Assembly (NCBI GenBank): GCA_964016885.1
Contig: OZ024741.1
Location: 52,328,001-52,392,000, forward strand
Direction: 5' to 3'
DNA: 64,000 nt
Source: Eledone cirrhosa
Taxonomy: Eukaryota
The notes below the pieces were generated by a model that worked only from the letters and a program-made list of their open reading frames with translations, was not told the DNA's origin and did no database searches. A program made the position numbers and the translations under genes. Each line of letters opens with the position of its first letter. Position 1 is the first letter of the stretch. Below, piece by piece: positions 53,435 to 64,000 of the stretch.

Positions 53435-53935
53435 CGTTGTCGTTGTTGTTGATGTTGTTGTTGTTATTGTTGTTGGTGTTGGTGTTGTTGGTGGTGGTGT
53501 TGTTGTTGTTGGTGTTGGTGGTCTTAATGTTATGATGTCTCTTGTTACTTCTGATAAGGTTTGTTGTTATTGTTGTTGGTGTTGGTGGTCTTAATGTTAT
53601 GATGTCTCTTGTTACTTCTGATAAGGTTTGTTATTGTTATTGTTGTTGGTGTTGGTGGTCTTAATGTTATGATGTCTCTTGTTACTTCTGATAAGGTTTG
53701 TTATTGTTATTGTTGTTGGTGTTGGTGGTCTTAATGTTATGATGTCTCTTGTTACTTCTGATAAGGTTTGTTGTTGTTATTGTTGTTGGTGTTGGTGGTT
53801 TTAATGTTATGATGTCTCTTGTTACTTCTGATAAGGTTTGTTATTGTTATTGTTGTTGGTGTTGGTGGTCTTAATGTTATGATGTCTCTTGTTACTTCTG
53901 ATAAGGTTTGTTGTTGTTATTGTTGTTGGTGTTGT
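41378..53935. repeat. 70-bp GT-rich satellite array with ~106-bp variants and ~3.8-kb higher-order repeat
   Basis: Unit GGTGTTGGTGGTCTTAATGTTATGATGTCTCTTGTTACTTCTGATAAGGTTTGTTGTTGTTATTGTTGTT (41391, 41461, 41531...). Diagnostic variants recur at +3811. Confidence 0.97.
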
Positions 53936-54516
53936 TGGTGGCGTAGTTATTGTTGGTGGTGTTGGTGTTGTTGTTGTAGTTGTCGTTGTTGTTGTTGTAG
54001 TTGTTGTTGGTGGTGTTGTTATTGTTGCTGGTGTTGGTGTTGTTGGTGGTGTTGTTGGTGGTGTTGTTGTTGTTGTTATCGTTGTTGGTGTTGTTGTAGT
54101 TGTTGTTGTTGGTGTTGTTTTTGTTGGTGGTGTTGTTATTGTTGGTGGTGTTGGTGTTGTTGTTATCGTTGGTGGTGTTGGTGTTGTTGTTGTTGGTGGT
54201 GTTGGTGTTGTTGTTATCGTTGTTGGTGTTGGTGTTGTTGTTGGTGGTGGTGTTGTTATTGTTGGTGGTGTTGGTGTTGTTGTTGCTGTTGTTGTAGTTG
54301 TTGTTGGTGGTGTTGTTATTGTTGGTGGTGTTGGTTTTGTTGGTGGTGTTGTTGGTGGTGTTGGTGTTGTTGTTATCGTTGTTGGTGTTGGTGTTGTTAT
54401 TGTTGTTGTTGTTGTCGTTGTAGTTGTTGTTGCTGTTGGTGTTGTTGTCGCTGTTGTTGTTTTGTCGTTGTTGTCGTTGTTGTTGTTGGTGGTGGTGTTG
54501 GTGGTGGTGTTGTTGC

Positions 54517-54564
<48 letters not shown>

Positions 54565-54910
54565 CGTTGTCGTTGTTGTTGATGTTGTTGTTGTTGTTGT
54601 CGTTGTTGTTGATGTTGTTGGTGTTGAAGTCGTTGTTGTTGATGTTGTTGGTGTTGTTGTCGTTGTTGTTGATGTTGTTGGTGGTGATGATGATGATAGT
54701 AATGACGAAAACGATAACACTAGTGATGGTGATGAAGGGGCTAATGACATGATGCTGATGCTGCTGATGATACTGTGGTGATGGGGATGATGATGATGAG
54801 GATGATGATGGTGGTGGTGATGTTGATGATGATGATAATGATGATGATGATGATACCAATGATTATGATGGTGATGTTGATGCTGCTGCTGCTGCTGATG
54901 ATGATGATAA
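53935..54910. repeat. (GTT/GGT/GAT)n low-complexity tract, partly a duplicate of 52680-53460
   Basis: Shared GGCGTAGTTATT start and TTTTGTCGTTGTTGTCG block. Confidence 0.85.
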
Positions 54911-54969
54911 CAGTAGTGAAGGTTTTGGACGACGTTGTGGAGACATTTGTCATTGTTGAGATCAACGCT

Positions 54970-55093
<124 letters not shown>

Positions 55094-55194
55094 CGTGTGC
55101 CTCTGTGAGCTTCTGTGTCTGTGCTAACTATGGGATGAGTGGATGTGTGTCTATGTCTGTGCTTTGGAATATGTGTATACGTGAGCTATGAATT

Positions 55195-56381
55195 AAGTGT
55201 ATATATGGGCTATAGAATATATGTGTATATATATGGGCTATAGAATATATGTGTATATATATGGGCTATAGAATATATGTGTATATATATGGGCTATAGA
55301 ATATATGTGTATATATATGGGCTATAGAATATATGTGTATATATATGGGCTATAGAATATATGTGTATATATATGGGCTATAGAATATATGTGTATATAT
55401 ATGGGCTATAGAATATATGTGTATATATATGGGCTATAGAATATATGTGTATATATATATGGGCTATAGAATATATGTGTATATATATGGGCTATAGAAT
55501 ATATGTGTATATATGTGGGCTACAGAATATATGTGTATATATATGGGCTATGGAAAATATGTGTATACATATGGGCTATGGAAGATGTGTGTATATATAT
55601 ATATGGGCTATGGAAGATGTGTGTATATATATGGGCTATGGAAGATGTGTGTATATATATGGGCTATGGAAGATGTGTGTATATATATGGGCTATGGAAG
55701 ATGTGTGTATATATATATGGGCTATGGAAGATGTGTGTATATATATGGGCTATGGAAGATGTGTGTATATATATGGGCTATGGAAGATGTGTGTATATAT
55801 ATGGGCTATGGAAGATGTGTGTATATATATGGGCTATGGAAGATGTGTGTATATATATGGGCTATGGAAGATGTGTGTATATATATATGGGCTATGGAAG
55901 ATGTGTGTATATATATGGGCTATGGAAGATGTGTGTATATATATGGGCTATGGAAGATGTGTGTATATATATGGGCTATGGAAGATGTGTGTATATATAT
56001 GGGCTATGGAAGATGTGTGTATATATATATATGGGCTATGGAAGATGTGTGTATATATATATATGGGCTATGGAAGATGTGTGTATATATATATATGGGC
56101 TATGGAAGATGTGTGTATATACATATGGGCTATGGAAGATGTGTGTATATATATATATGGGCTATGGAAGATGTGTGTATATATGTGGGCTATGGAAAAT
56201 ATGTGTATACATATGGGCTATGGAAGATGTGTGTATATATATATATGGGCTATGGAAGATGTGTGTATATATATATATGGGCTATGGAAGATGTGTGTAT
56301 ATATATGGGCTATGGAAGATGTGTGTATATATATGGGCTATGGAAGATGTGTGTATATATATGGGCTATGGAAGATGTGTA
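55195..56381. repeat. ~28-32 bp minisatellite with two variant domains
   Basis: ATGGGCTATAGAATATATGTGTATATAT up to ~55540, then ATGGGCTATGGAAGATGTGTGTATATAT. Confidence 0.95.
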
Positions 56382-57124
56382 TGAGGGGTGGATGGGTGGT
56401 GTGAAAAAGTATAGAAAAAAATTCTACCACTGATTTCTATTCTATTCCAGACAATATATTAATATAATACTGATAACTGAAAAAAAAGACATTAAGAGTA
56501 AACGGGTATGTATGTATGTGTACATGTATGTATGTGTGTGTGTATGTATGTGTGTGTGTATGTATGTATGTGTGAGTGTATGTGTGTATGTGTGTATGTA
56601 TGTATGTATGTATGCATGTGTGTATGTGTGTGTGTATGTATGTATTTATGTATGTATGCATGTGTGTGTATGTGTGTATGTATGTGTGTGTATGTATGTT
56701 TGTATGTGTGTATGAATATATGTATGTATGTATGGATGTGTGTATGTATGTATGTATGTATGTATGTATGTATGTATGTATGTATGTATGTATGTATATA
56801 TGCATGTATGTGTTTGTATGTATGTGTGTATGTATGTGTGTATGTATGTGTGTATGTATGTATCTATTTATGTATGTATGTGTATGTATGATGTATGTAT
56901 GTATATATGTATGTGTGTTTGTATGTATGTTTGTATGCACGTATATATGTAAGTATATATATGTATATCATTATATATATACACATTTACGTATATATGC
57001 ATACGTATATATACGTATGTATATATTATGTATGTATGCACGTATATATGTAAGTATATATATATATATATATATATATCTGTGTGCGTGTGTGTGTAAG
57101 TATTTATATATATATAAGTATATA

Positions 57125-57192
<68 letters not shown>

Positions 57193-57661
57193 TATATACA
57201 CACATACCTATATACGCATACTTATTACATACACATATTATTTTATTTGTATTATACATACATATATACATAAACACAAACATATTTCATAGCCCACATA
57301 TACATATATCATATACTGTGTGTGTGTGTGTGCGTATATATATAAATGCGTGTGTTTGTGTATACATGCATACACATAAACACATATAATTTGAGATTCT
57401 GTTGAGTACAGTAATATATGAATATATCTATACATGAACTTATATATCCACATTTACACAACATATATAAATATATCTGTATATAAACTTCTGGTTACAA
57501 ATAAATATTCAATTTTCTTTTTTTTATCGACAAATTCTCACAGCCAACATTTTGTAAAGAGAGGATGTACTTATCTTTCTGGCGTAGTAAACATGTGTGT
57601 GTATATACAGAGAAACACATACAAACACACACACACACACACACAGATATATATATACATA

Positions 57662-57769
<108 letters not shown>

Positions 57770-57901
57770 TAGATAGATAAATACGCGTATATATAATCAT
57801 ACACACATGTATATACATCAATATACATATATATATACATGTACTGACATATATATATATATAATATATATTATATATACACGTATATATGTATGTACAC
57901 A

Positions 57902-57948
<47 letters not shown>

Positions 57949-58093
57949 GTGTGTGTATGTGTGTGTGTATGTGTGTAAACGTATACATAAGCATTCATGT
58001 ATATACGTATATACATATATATGTAATACATATATATACATACACTCATGTATATACATATGTAATTACATTCACACAGACCCCCCCCCCCCC

Positions 58094-58161
<68 letters not shown>

Positions 58162-59168
58162 CATTTCTGCTTAACGATAATCATTCTTTTTATTTCCTTC
58201 GCCAAATGTTCACAACCAAATTTTTACTGTAAAGTCAATAATCTTCATGACAGAATTTTCTGGAAGACGAAACCCGCAATTAAGGTGATTCAGTGGTCTA
58301 CATGGTTCATTTGAATTATTTTTTTTGTCTTTCACCACCCAGCCTGGCCCTCTGTCCACAGGACACACACACACACACACACAACGATACACACACACGT
58401 ACACACACAAACACACACACACTCACACACAAAGACACATACGCAGACACACTCACACGGACACACAAACAGGGACGCACACACTCGCACACCCATTTTC
58501 ACAAACACGGAAATACAAACACGCACACACAAACACGCACACACACATGCACGCACACACATACACACACAAATGCACACACACACACACACACACATAC
58601 ATACTTACACACACATACTGACACACACATTTTCACGCACATACACACACACACACTTTCACACACATATTGACAAACACATTTTCACGCATACACACAT
58701 ACACGCACACTTGCACACACATACACACACACACACGCACACACTCACGCACACACACATGCACGCACGTACACACTGACACGCGTACACACAAACACGC
58801 GCATACGCATACACACGCACACACACGCACACACACACATACACACACATTTTCACACACACACACACTGACACACTCATTTTCACACACGCACACACAG
58901 ATGCACGCACGTACACACTGACACGCATACATGCAAACATACGCATGCGCACACATGCAAGAACACACACACACACACACACACTCACCCATACAGATAC
59001 ACAGACACTCTCACACATACTCACATATACACACACACACATCGACTCTCACACACTCATTCGGAGGTATATGCAGAAAGACGTAATACATACATACACA
59101 TATACATACATATATATATATACATAAATTGATATATACATTCATATACACATACATACATACATACA

Positions 59169-59199
<31 letters not shown>

Positions 59200-59239
59200 C
59201 TTCATACATACATACATGCATACATATATATATATATAA

Positions 59240-59449
59240 AACTGTTTATATATTGTATTTTATCTGACGAAGGCATGCCATATTTTTAATATGGTATCCC
59301 TGAAATATGTATAATCAAATAAATATGGTTTTATAAATATAGTTTCCATTTGTTTAATATCGTATATCTACTCCAAAAACTTGTCGAGTGCTTTATATCA
59401 GTTATAAAATATTTACTTGTTCTAACCCAACAATTTTAAATAAAACTTT

Positions 59450-59455
<6 letters not shown>
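59240..59455 (+). mobile_element. HHR family B copy, ending in (TA)n
   Basis: Family B core and tail. Confidence 0.8.
59256..59321 (+). ncRNA. Type I hammerhead ribozyme (family B)
   Basis: TATTTTAT-CTGACGA-AGGcATGCCATATT..AATATGGTATcCCT-GAAA-TATGTA-TA-ATCAAATA. Confidence 0.8.
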
Positions 59456-59515
<60 letters not shown>

Positions 59516-59531
59516 CATACATACATACATA

Positions 59532-59816
59532 CATGGTGGCTGCCAACTCGTTTTCGAGTACGGCCACTACTTTATATCCATGTAGGAGAACCTCTACCGA
59601 TGCGCTGAACAAGTGTGACTTTTTAGTCCAGCCAGCGACTTGAAAACTCTGGTACAAACACTACACTTGTGACAATTATTGACACATAGTGCTGGGCCCA
59701 TGGTACCATGTGACGACAAGTGCAGAGAGATCTCCAGATATAAAGCAATGCCTGTGCCGTGAAGCTTTTATAGTGAGCAAAGGCACTGCACAAAGCCAGT
59801 CCCACTCTCTTAACCA
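59532..59816 (-). mobile_element. RTE-like 3' end (C2H2 finger plus tail)
   Basis: Near-identical reverse complement of ~29491-29772, embedded in (ATAC)n. Confidence 0.85.
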
Positions 59817-59889
59817 TACATACATACATACATACATACATACATACATACATACATACATACATACATACCTACATACATACATACAT

Positions 59890-60417
59890 ACTTCGGAAAA
59901 CAAAATTAACAACAAACGAGGAAGAATATATTGAGACAGATGGCACTAAGGAATACTGGTGGAACCTGAAAATAAAAACTGCCACCAAATTAAAGCACAA
60001 CCGGCCTGATATTGTTGTTTGGGACAACACATTGAAAACGTGTTCTGTTGTGGAGATCAGCTGCCCACTTGTGTAAACGTTGTCAGAAAAATACAGGAGA
60101 AGGAGGATATCTACGGACCATTGATGAGGAGTTTACAAATCCAGTATCCAAGATACACCTTTAGCTTCATACCCATCATTATTGGAGCTACGGGTTATAT
60201 ACCAACCCGCTTGGACCAAAGTATAACTGAACTTGGATTTGCGGACAAAAAGCGCAGCTCCCTAATTCATAGTCTACAAATGGCTACGATAGCTGGCACC
60301 TTCAAAATTTGCAAAACATTCTTGCGATTCAAGGAATGACAATTTCTTTTCTTTTACAACCTTGCCACCAGGAAGGTGGCCGGTCAAAAAAAAAATACTC
60401 GAAATTAAGAGAAAGAG

Positions 60418-60420
<3 letters not shown>
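59890..60420 (+). mobile_element. RLE-type (R4-like) retroelement 3' fragment
   Basis: EYWWNLKIKT..KHNRPDIVVWD..CSVVEISCP..KEDIY..FIPIIIGATG, frameshifted. Confidence 0.8.
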
Positions 60421-60483
<63 letters not shown>

Positions 60484-60518
60484 TTATAAGAATCAAAGAA
60501 CTGTTCAAAACATTTTTA

Positions 60519-60565
60519 TGCTTACAACTGTTTCCTCCAAACCGAGGTTTGGATTCTTCGGAGCA
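60519..60565 (-). ncRNA. Minimal type I hammerhead (CCGAAGA core variant)
   Basis: TGCT-CCGAAGA-aTCCAAACC tc GGTTTGGAg-GAAA-CAGTTG-TA-AGCA. The 5' half is repeated at 63978-64000 (+). Confidence 0.8.
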
Positions 60566-61094
60566 ATTTATTATTGAATGAACACTTATATGACCTCCTT
60601 TTCACCCAAGAGACATACAGATACATATGCAAATATTGTGGGTCAACATTCATTACACCATTTAGTGTGGCAGTATACATTTAGAGATTACATTCCTATT
60701 AAAAGATACGGGTCAGTGCATGCTATATTGGATGTCGAAAGATAATCATCACTAGGGCAGACCAGAGGTCAATCCACACTCCTCATGTCACCAATCTGAC
60801 CATCAAATCATACATATATGTACAACCCATACGCCACTTGCAATACATTCACTGCACTCAGCATACAGGTCGTACAGCTCATCAACGTTACTAGATTAAT
60901 TAGTCTTCCATTTATCCAACAATGGCACTTCCTCCGCATAGCACCAACGATACAATCAATTCAATGCTTAAATTTTACATTAACTATAAAGTGGTGTAGT
61001 GCAGTTCAAGCAACTGGATGTAGTCACACCTAAAGTAGAAGTACAAAGGGGTATTCCTACTGTGAAGGGTTCTAGAGGGATGTCCCGATTAGTG

Positions 61095-63653
61095 TTATAT
61101 TAGATCAATGAGTGTGGGGATGTGGTATAACGTGTCCCCCTGGTGTTTGATGCTAGAGGTGGTGTTTGGTTCAAGTCTGACATTGCTATATATTGGGCTT
61201 AAAGTTTTGGAAGGAATGTCTGAAGCGGTGCTGGGAAGTTGCAAATACTCAGATTTTTTGTTAAGTAGGTTACGGTTAAAGAAGATAATAGTGTGGGTCT
61301 CTAGTATACAGAGGTTACAAAATTTATTAGGTGGTTTGTACGAAGTCGCGCTACCTATCACTTCCCATTTGAGTGTGTAAGGTTTATTTTTAGTTTTTAG
61401 ATAGTGTATGTAGCTAGATAGTGAGGTGGAGCTGGCTAGACAGTGCTTTTTGAACGAGTGGATGTGCGAATTATACCTGGTTTTGAAGCAGTTAGAAGTG
61501 GAGCCTACATAGATTTCTGAAGAGTTGCTAGCTGTGACGGTGCATGAGTATATGATATCCTTGGTTAGGCATTTTTTATCTAAAGGGAAGGTTCTATTTG
61601 TTCTACAGTTACAATTATTCTGGGTGTTAGTCTGCTGGTTATAATGCTGTGCAGAAGTCCGGGTGGTAGCTATAGGATTTTGGACATTCGGGTTGTCGAC
61701 CCCGGTGTTATTGCTTATACTAGTGTTATTTATATTATTACTGCCGTTATTAGGGTTGCTTGCTACAGAGGTATTTTGAAGGTTTACCTCCTGTTGCGAT
61801 TTCGTTTGTTGGAAGTAAGAATTAATTTTACTTTTATTGCTGCTAGCTATGTGGTATGCTAAGTTAGGCGTCGTAGAGTATGAGATTTTAATAGTGTTTT
61901 TGTTTAAAAGGTTATGGTACTTATGTCCTAGAGGGAAGTTTTTATCTAGTAGTGAGAAGAAAGCCCTAGGTATGTTGGTGGAGACGTTTAGGTTGAAAGG
62001 AGGGTTGAAAAATGTATTATTTCTTCTTCTATTTTTGTTTTTAGTGTCTGGTGTGTTGTTTCCTCCTAAGATACTACGGTAGTTTCTGTGGTAATGGTTA
62101 CTTTTGATGGCACCCTCTGCTTTAGTGGGCGTGTGGTTGCTATTCATATTACTAGGTTTCCCCATGGACATATTGTGCGAGATGATGTTGTAGCTATGTG
62201 TTTTCTTAGGTAGGAACTCAATCTCTATATTATGGCCGGATCTAGCTAATGCTTGATTATAATATTGCGAGTTTTTGCTAAATATGTTTGCGTCATAGGA
62301 TAGATTAGAGATTCTATTGGACACCCCCTTAGAGATAGAGTTTAATATTGATCTAGGGTGATTAGACTTGGTATCCACGTAAATGAGTTTTTCGTTAGGC
62401 TTATGGAAAGGTGTATATATATTTGAGTCTAGGTATAGTGTGGCGTCTAGGAAGTTAACGTTTTTAGTGTTTTTGTCCATGGTGATACTAAGGTTAAAGT
62501 TTTTGAATGTCTTGTGCAATAGTTTTCTAGTCCTTTCTATATTGAATTTTTTATATTCTATAAGTAGAAGTGCATAATCGCGGTACAAACCACTGTTGAG
62601 GTATGGGAGGACCTTATGGATTTCATTAAGTAAGTATAGGCCGACCAAATCAGTGACCTGCGCCGAGTCACTAGACCCCATGGTTATGTCAAAGTTGTTG
62701 TGCGTATCCTTGCGGGTCCATAGTTGGTCCTCAAAGGTGATTATGGTTTTACGGGCCGCAAGGATGACATCAATCTGGGTTCTAGTCAGGTCGCTATTGT
62801 TCATGGCCATGATTAGTGCCTTATTTAATAGGATAGGGGAAATAGAGGTGTAGTATGAATTGATATCAAATTGAATAAATTTTTTGTCCTTGTTATTCTT
62901 GATATCTTTGAACCATTCAATAACTTCACCCGTATTTCCCCATTGTTTAAGGTGTATCTTGTGTTTAATTTGTGGGATGATTTTATCTAAAATTTTCTTT
63001 CTGATAATGCCAATGTCGGACTTGGAAGGGCAGATAAGTCTAATCGAGGGGTTGCTAATGAAGTCCTCTTTATGATCCTTCAGAGAGAATCTAGGGGGGT
63101 TTGGGGTGTATGGTTGTGTATGCCTCTGAAGTCCTAGTTTAGACACTATATTATATCCCTCTATATTAATATCCTCTAAGTTTTTCATAGTAGTTTTCTT
63201 GTAGCTTTTATGTAGTTCATTATATATAAACTTTCTATAAGTATTATAATCCAGGCTGTATATGTTATTAGTTTTATCCGCGTGTACAATAATTTTATTA
63301 CTAGTTTTGAATTCATTAATAGAGGTGTTAAGTTTGTTTAAGAAGGTGTTGTTTCTATTACGGTGCTTATTGTATTTAATGTTCTTAACTAGTTTCACTA
63401 GGTCATTTTCAAAGGAGTTAAGTAGTGTGTTATGAGGGGGGCTTTTAAAGGTTTTAAAGCCAAAGGAGTCAAATTTGTTAGTATTATTAACATTGTTAGA
63501 TCTGTTTCTATCATAATGGAATGTCCTCCATCTCACTCTATTGATAAAGGAATTTACACTGTGTATCAACAATTTCTCATATGTATTCTTGGATGGTATT
63601 GGTATGTTTTTAATGCTTATATTATTTCTCCACGCACAGGCTATAACAATCAT
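61095..63653 (-). pseudogene. PLE polyprotein (RT + GIY-YIG), open 852-aa frame but catalytically damaged
   Basis: Closely homologous to PLE1. YRDYA replaces YRDDA, TFPL replaces CPL, DIIY..EIYVGST is present. A late frameshift near 61248 bypasses the likely natural stop at 61186-61188. Confidence 0.9.
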
Positions 63654-64000
63654 ATAAAGAATTCATTACCAGATCAACCTCCTTAACACTCTTGATTACC
63701 TGCTTAAGTGCTTCTATTACACGTAACTCTCTGCCACACTATATAAACAAGACGCACGTGCTTGCCACACGTATAACTATTGCACTCTATAACCGCTTAA
63801 TTTCATGTTGTATTTTAACCTGTATTTTTGATTGTATCTTTTAATATGAATGTAATCTCTAAATGTATACTGCCACACTAAATTCTGTAATGAATGTTGA
63901 CCCACAATATTTGCATATGTATCTGTATGTCTCTTGGGTGAAAAGGAGGTCATATAAGTGTTCATTCAATAATAAATTGCTCCGAAGAATCCAAACCTCG

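Larger units (their letters stand above)
60481..64000 (-). mobile_element. Penelope-like element 2 with HHR-bearing 3' terminus and inverted terminal copy at its 5' side (runs off window)
   Basis: 3' end abuts (TA)n at 60422-60480. 63834-64000 is the reverse complement of 60543-60709. Confidence 0.92.

Noticed and set aside
41378-53935. CRISPR-like array or tandem C/D-box snoRNA cluster (ATGATG...CTGA in each unit)
   Set aside because: Linkers are identical low-complexity GTT runs rather than unique spacers, and there are no cas genes. Box C is imperfect and only ~13 nt from CTGA.
61095-63653. Selenocysteine recoding, as reported for some Naiad PLEs
   Set aside because: No in-frame TGA in PLE2. 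PLE1 disruptions are frameshifts, not TGA at Cys positions.

Overview
Gene-poor, microsatellite-saturated animal genomic DNA. The SINE and LINE repertoire resembles an octopod cephalopod (from memory, not verified). No host protein-coding gene can be supported, and almost all short ORFs in the track are microsatellite translations. Real coding content is retroelement-derived: two related Penelope-like elements (PLEs; RT plus GIY-YIG, Naiad-like) at ~2.1-6.9 kb (+) and ~60.5-64 kb (-), a near-full-length Tx1/L1-clade LINE (8.4-14.1 kb) plus a truncated relative, decayed RTE LINEs, R4/Dong-like RLE fragments and tRNA-derived SINEs. A 12.5-kb GT-rich 70-bp satellite with a ~3.8-kb higher-order period occupies 41.4-53.9 kb. 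The main hidden system is about ten type I hammerhead ribozyme (HHR) motifs. Two sit in the PLE 3' termini. The rest lie in at least six sequence-distinct, non-coding 0.25-1.1 kb elements that mostly abut (TA)n tracts and show 5' inversions and/or more-than-one-unit tandem copies. This fits retrozyme-like, possibly circular-RNA, non-autonomous passengers of the PLE machinery. Several have unusual cores (U3-A8 compensatory pair, U4C) or large structured stem II insertions. All folds were read by eye and no activity is shown.
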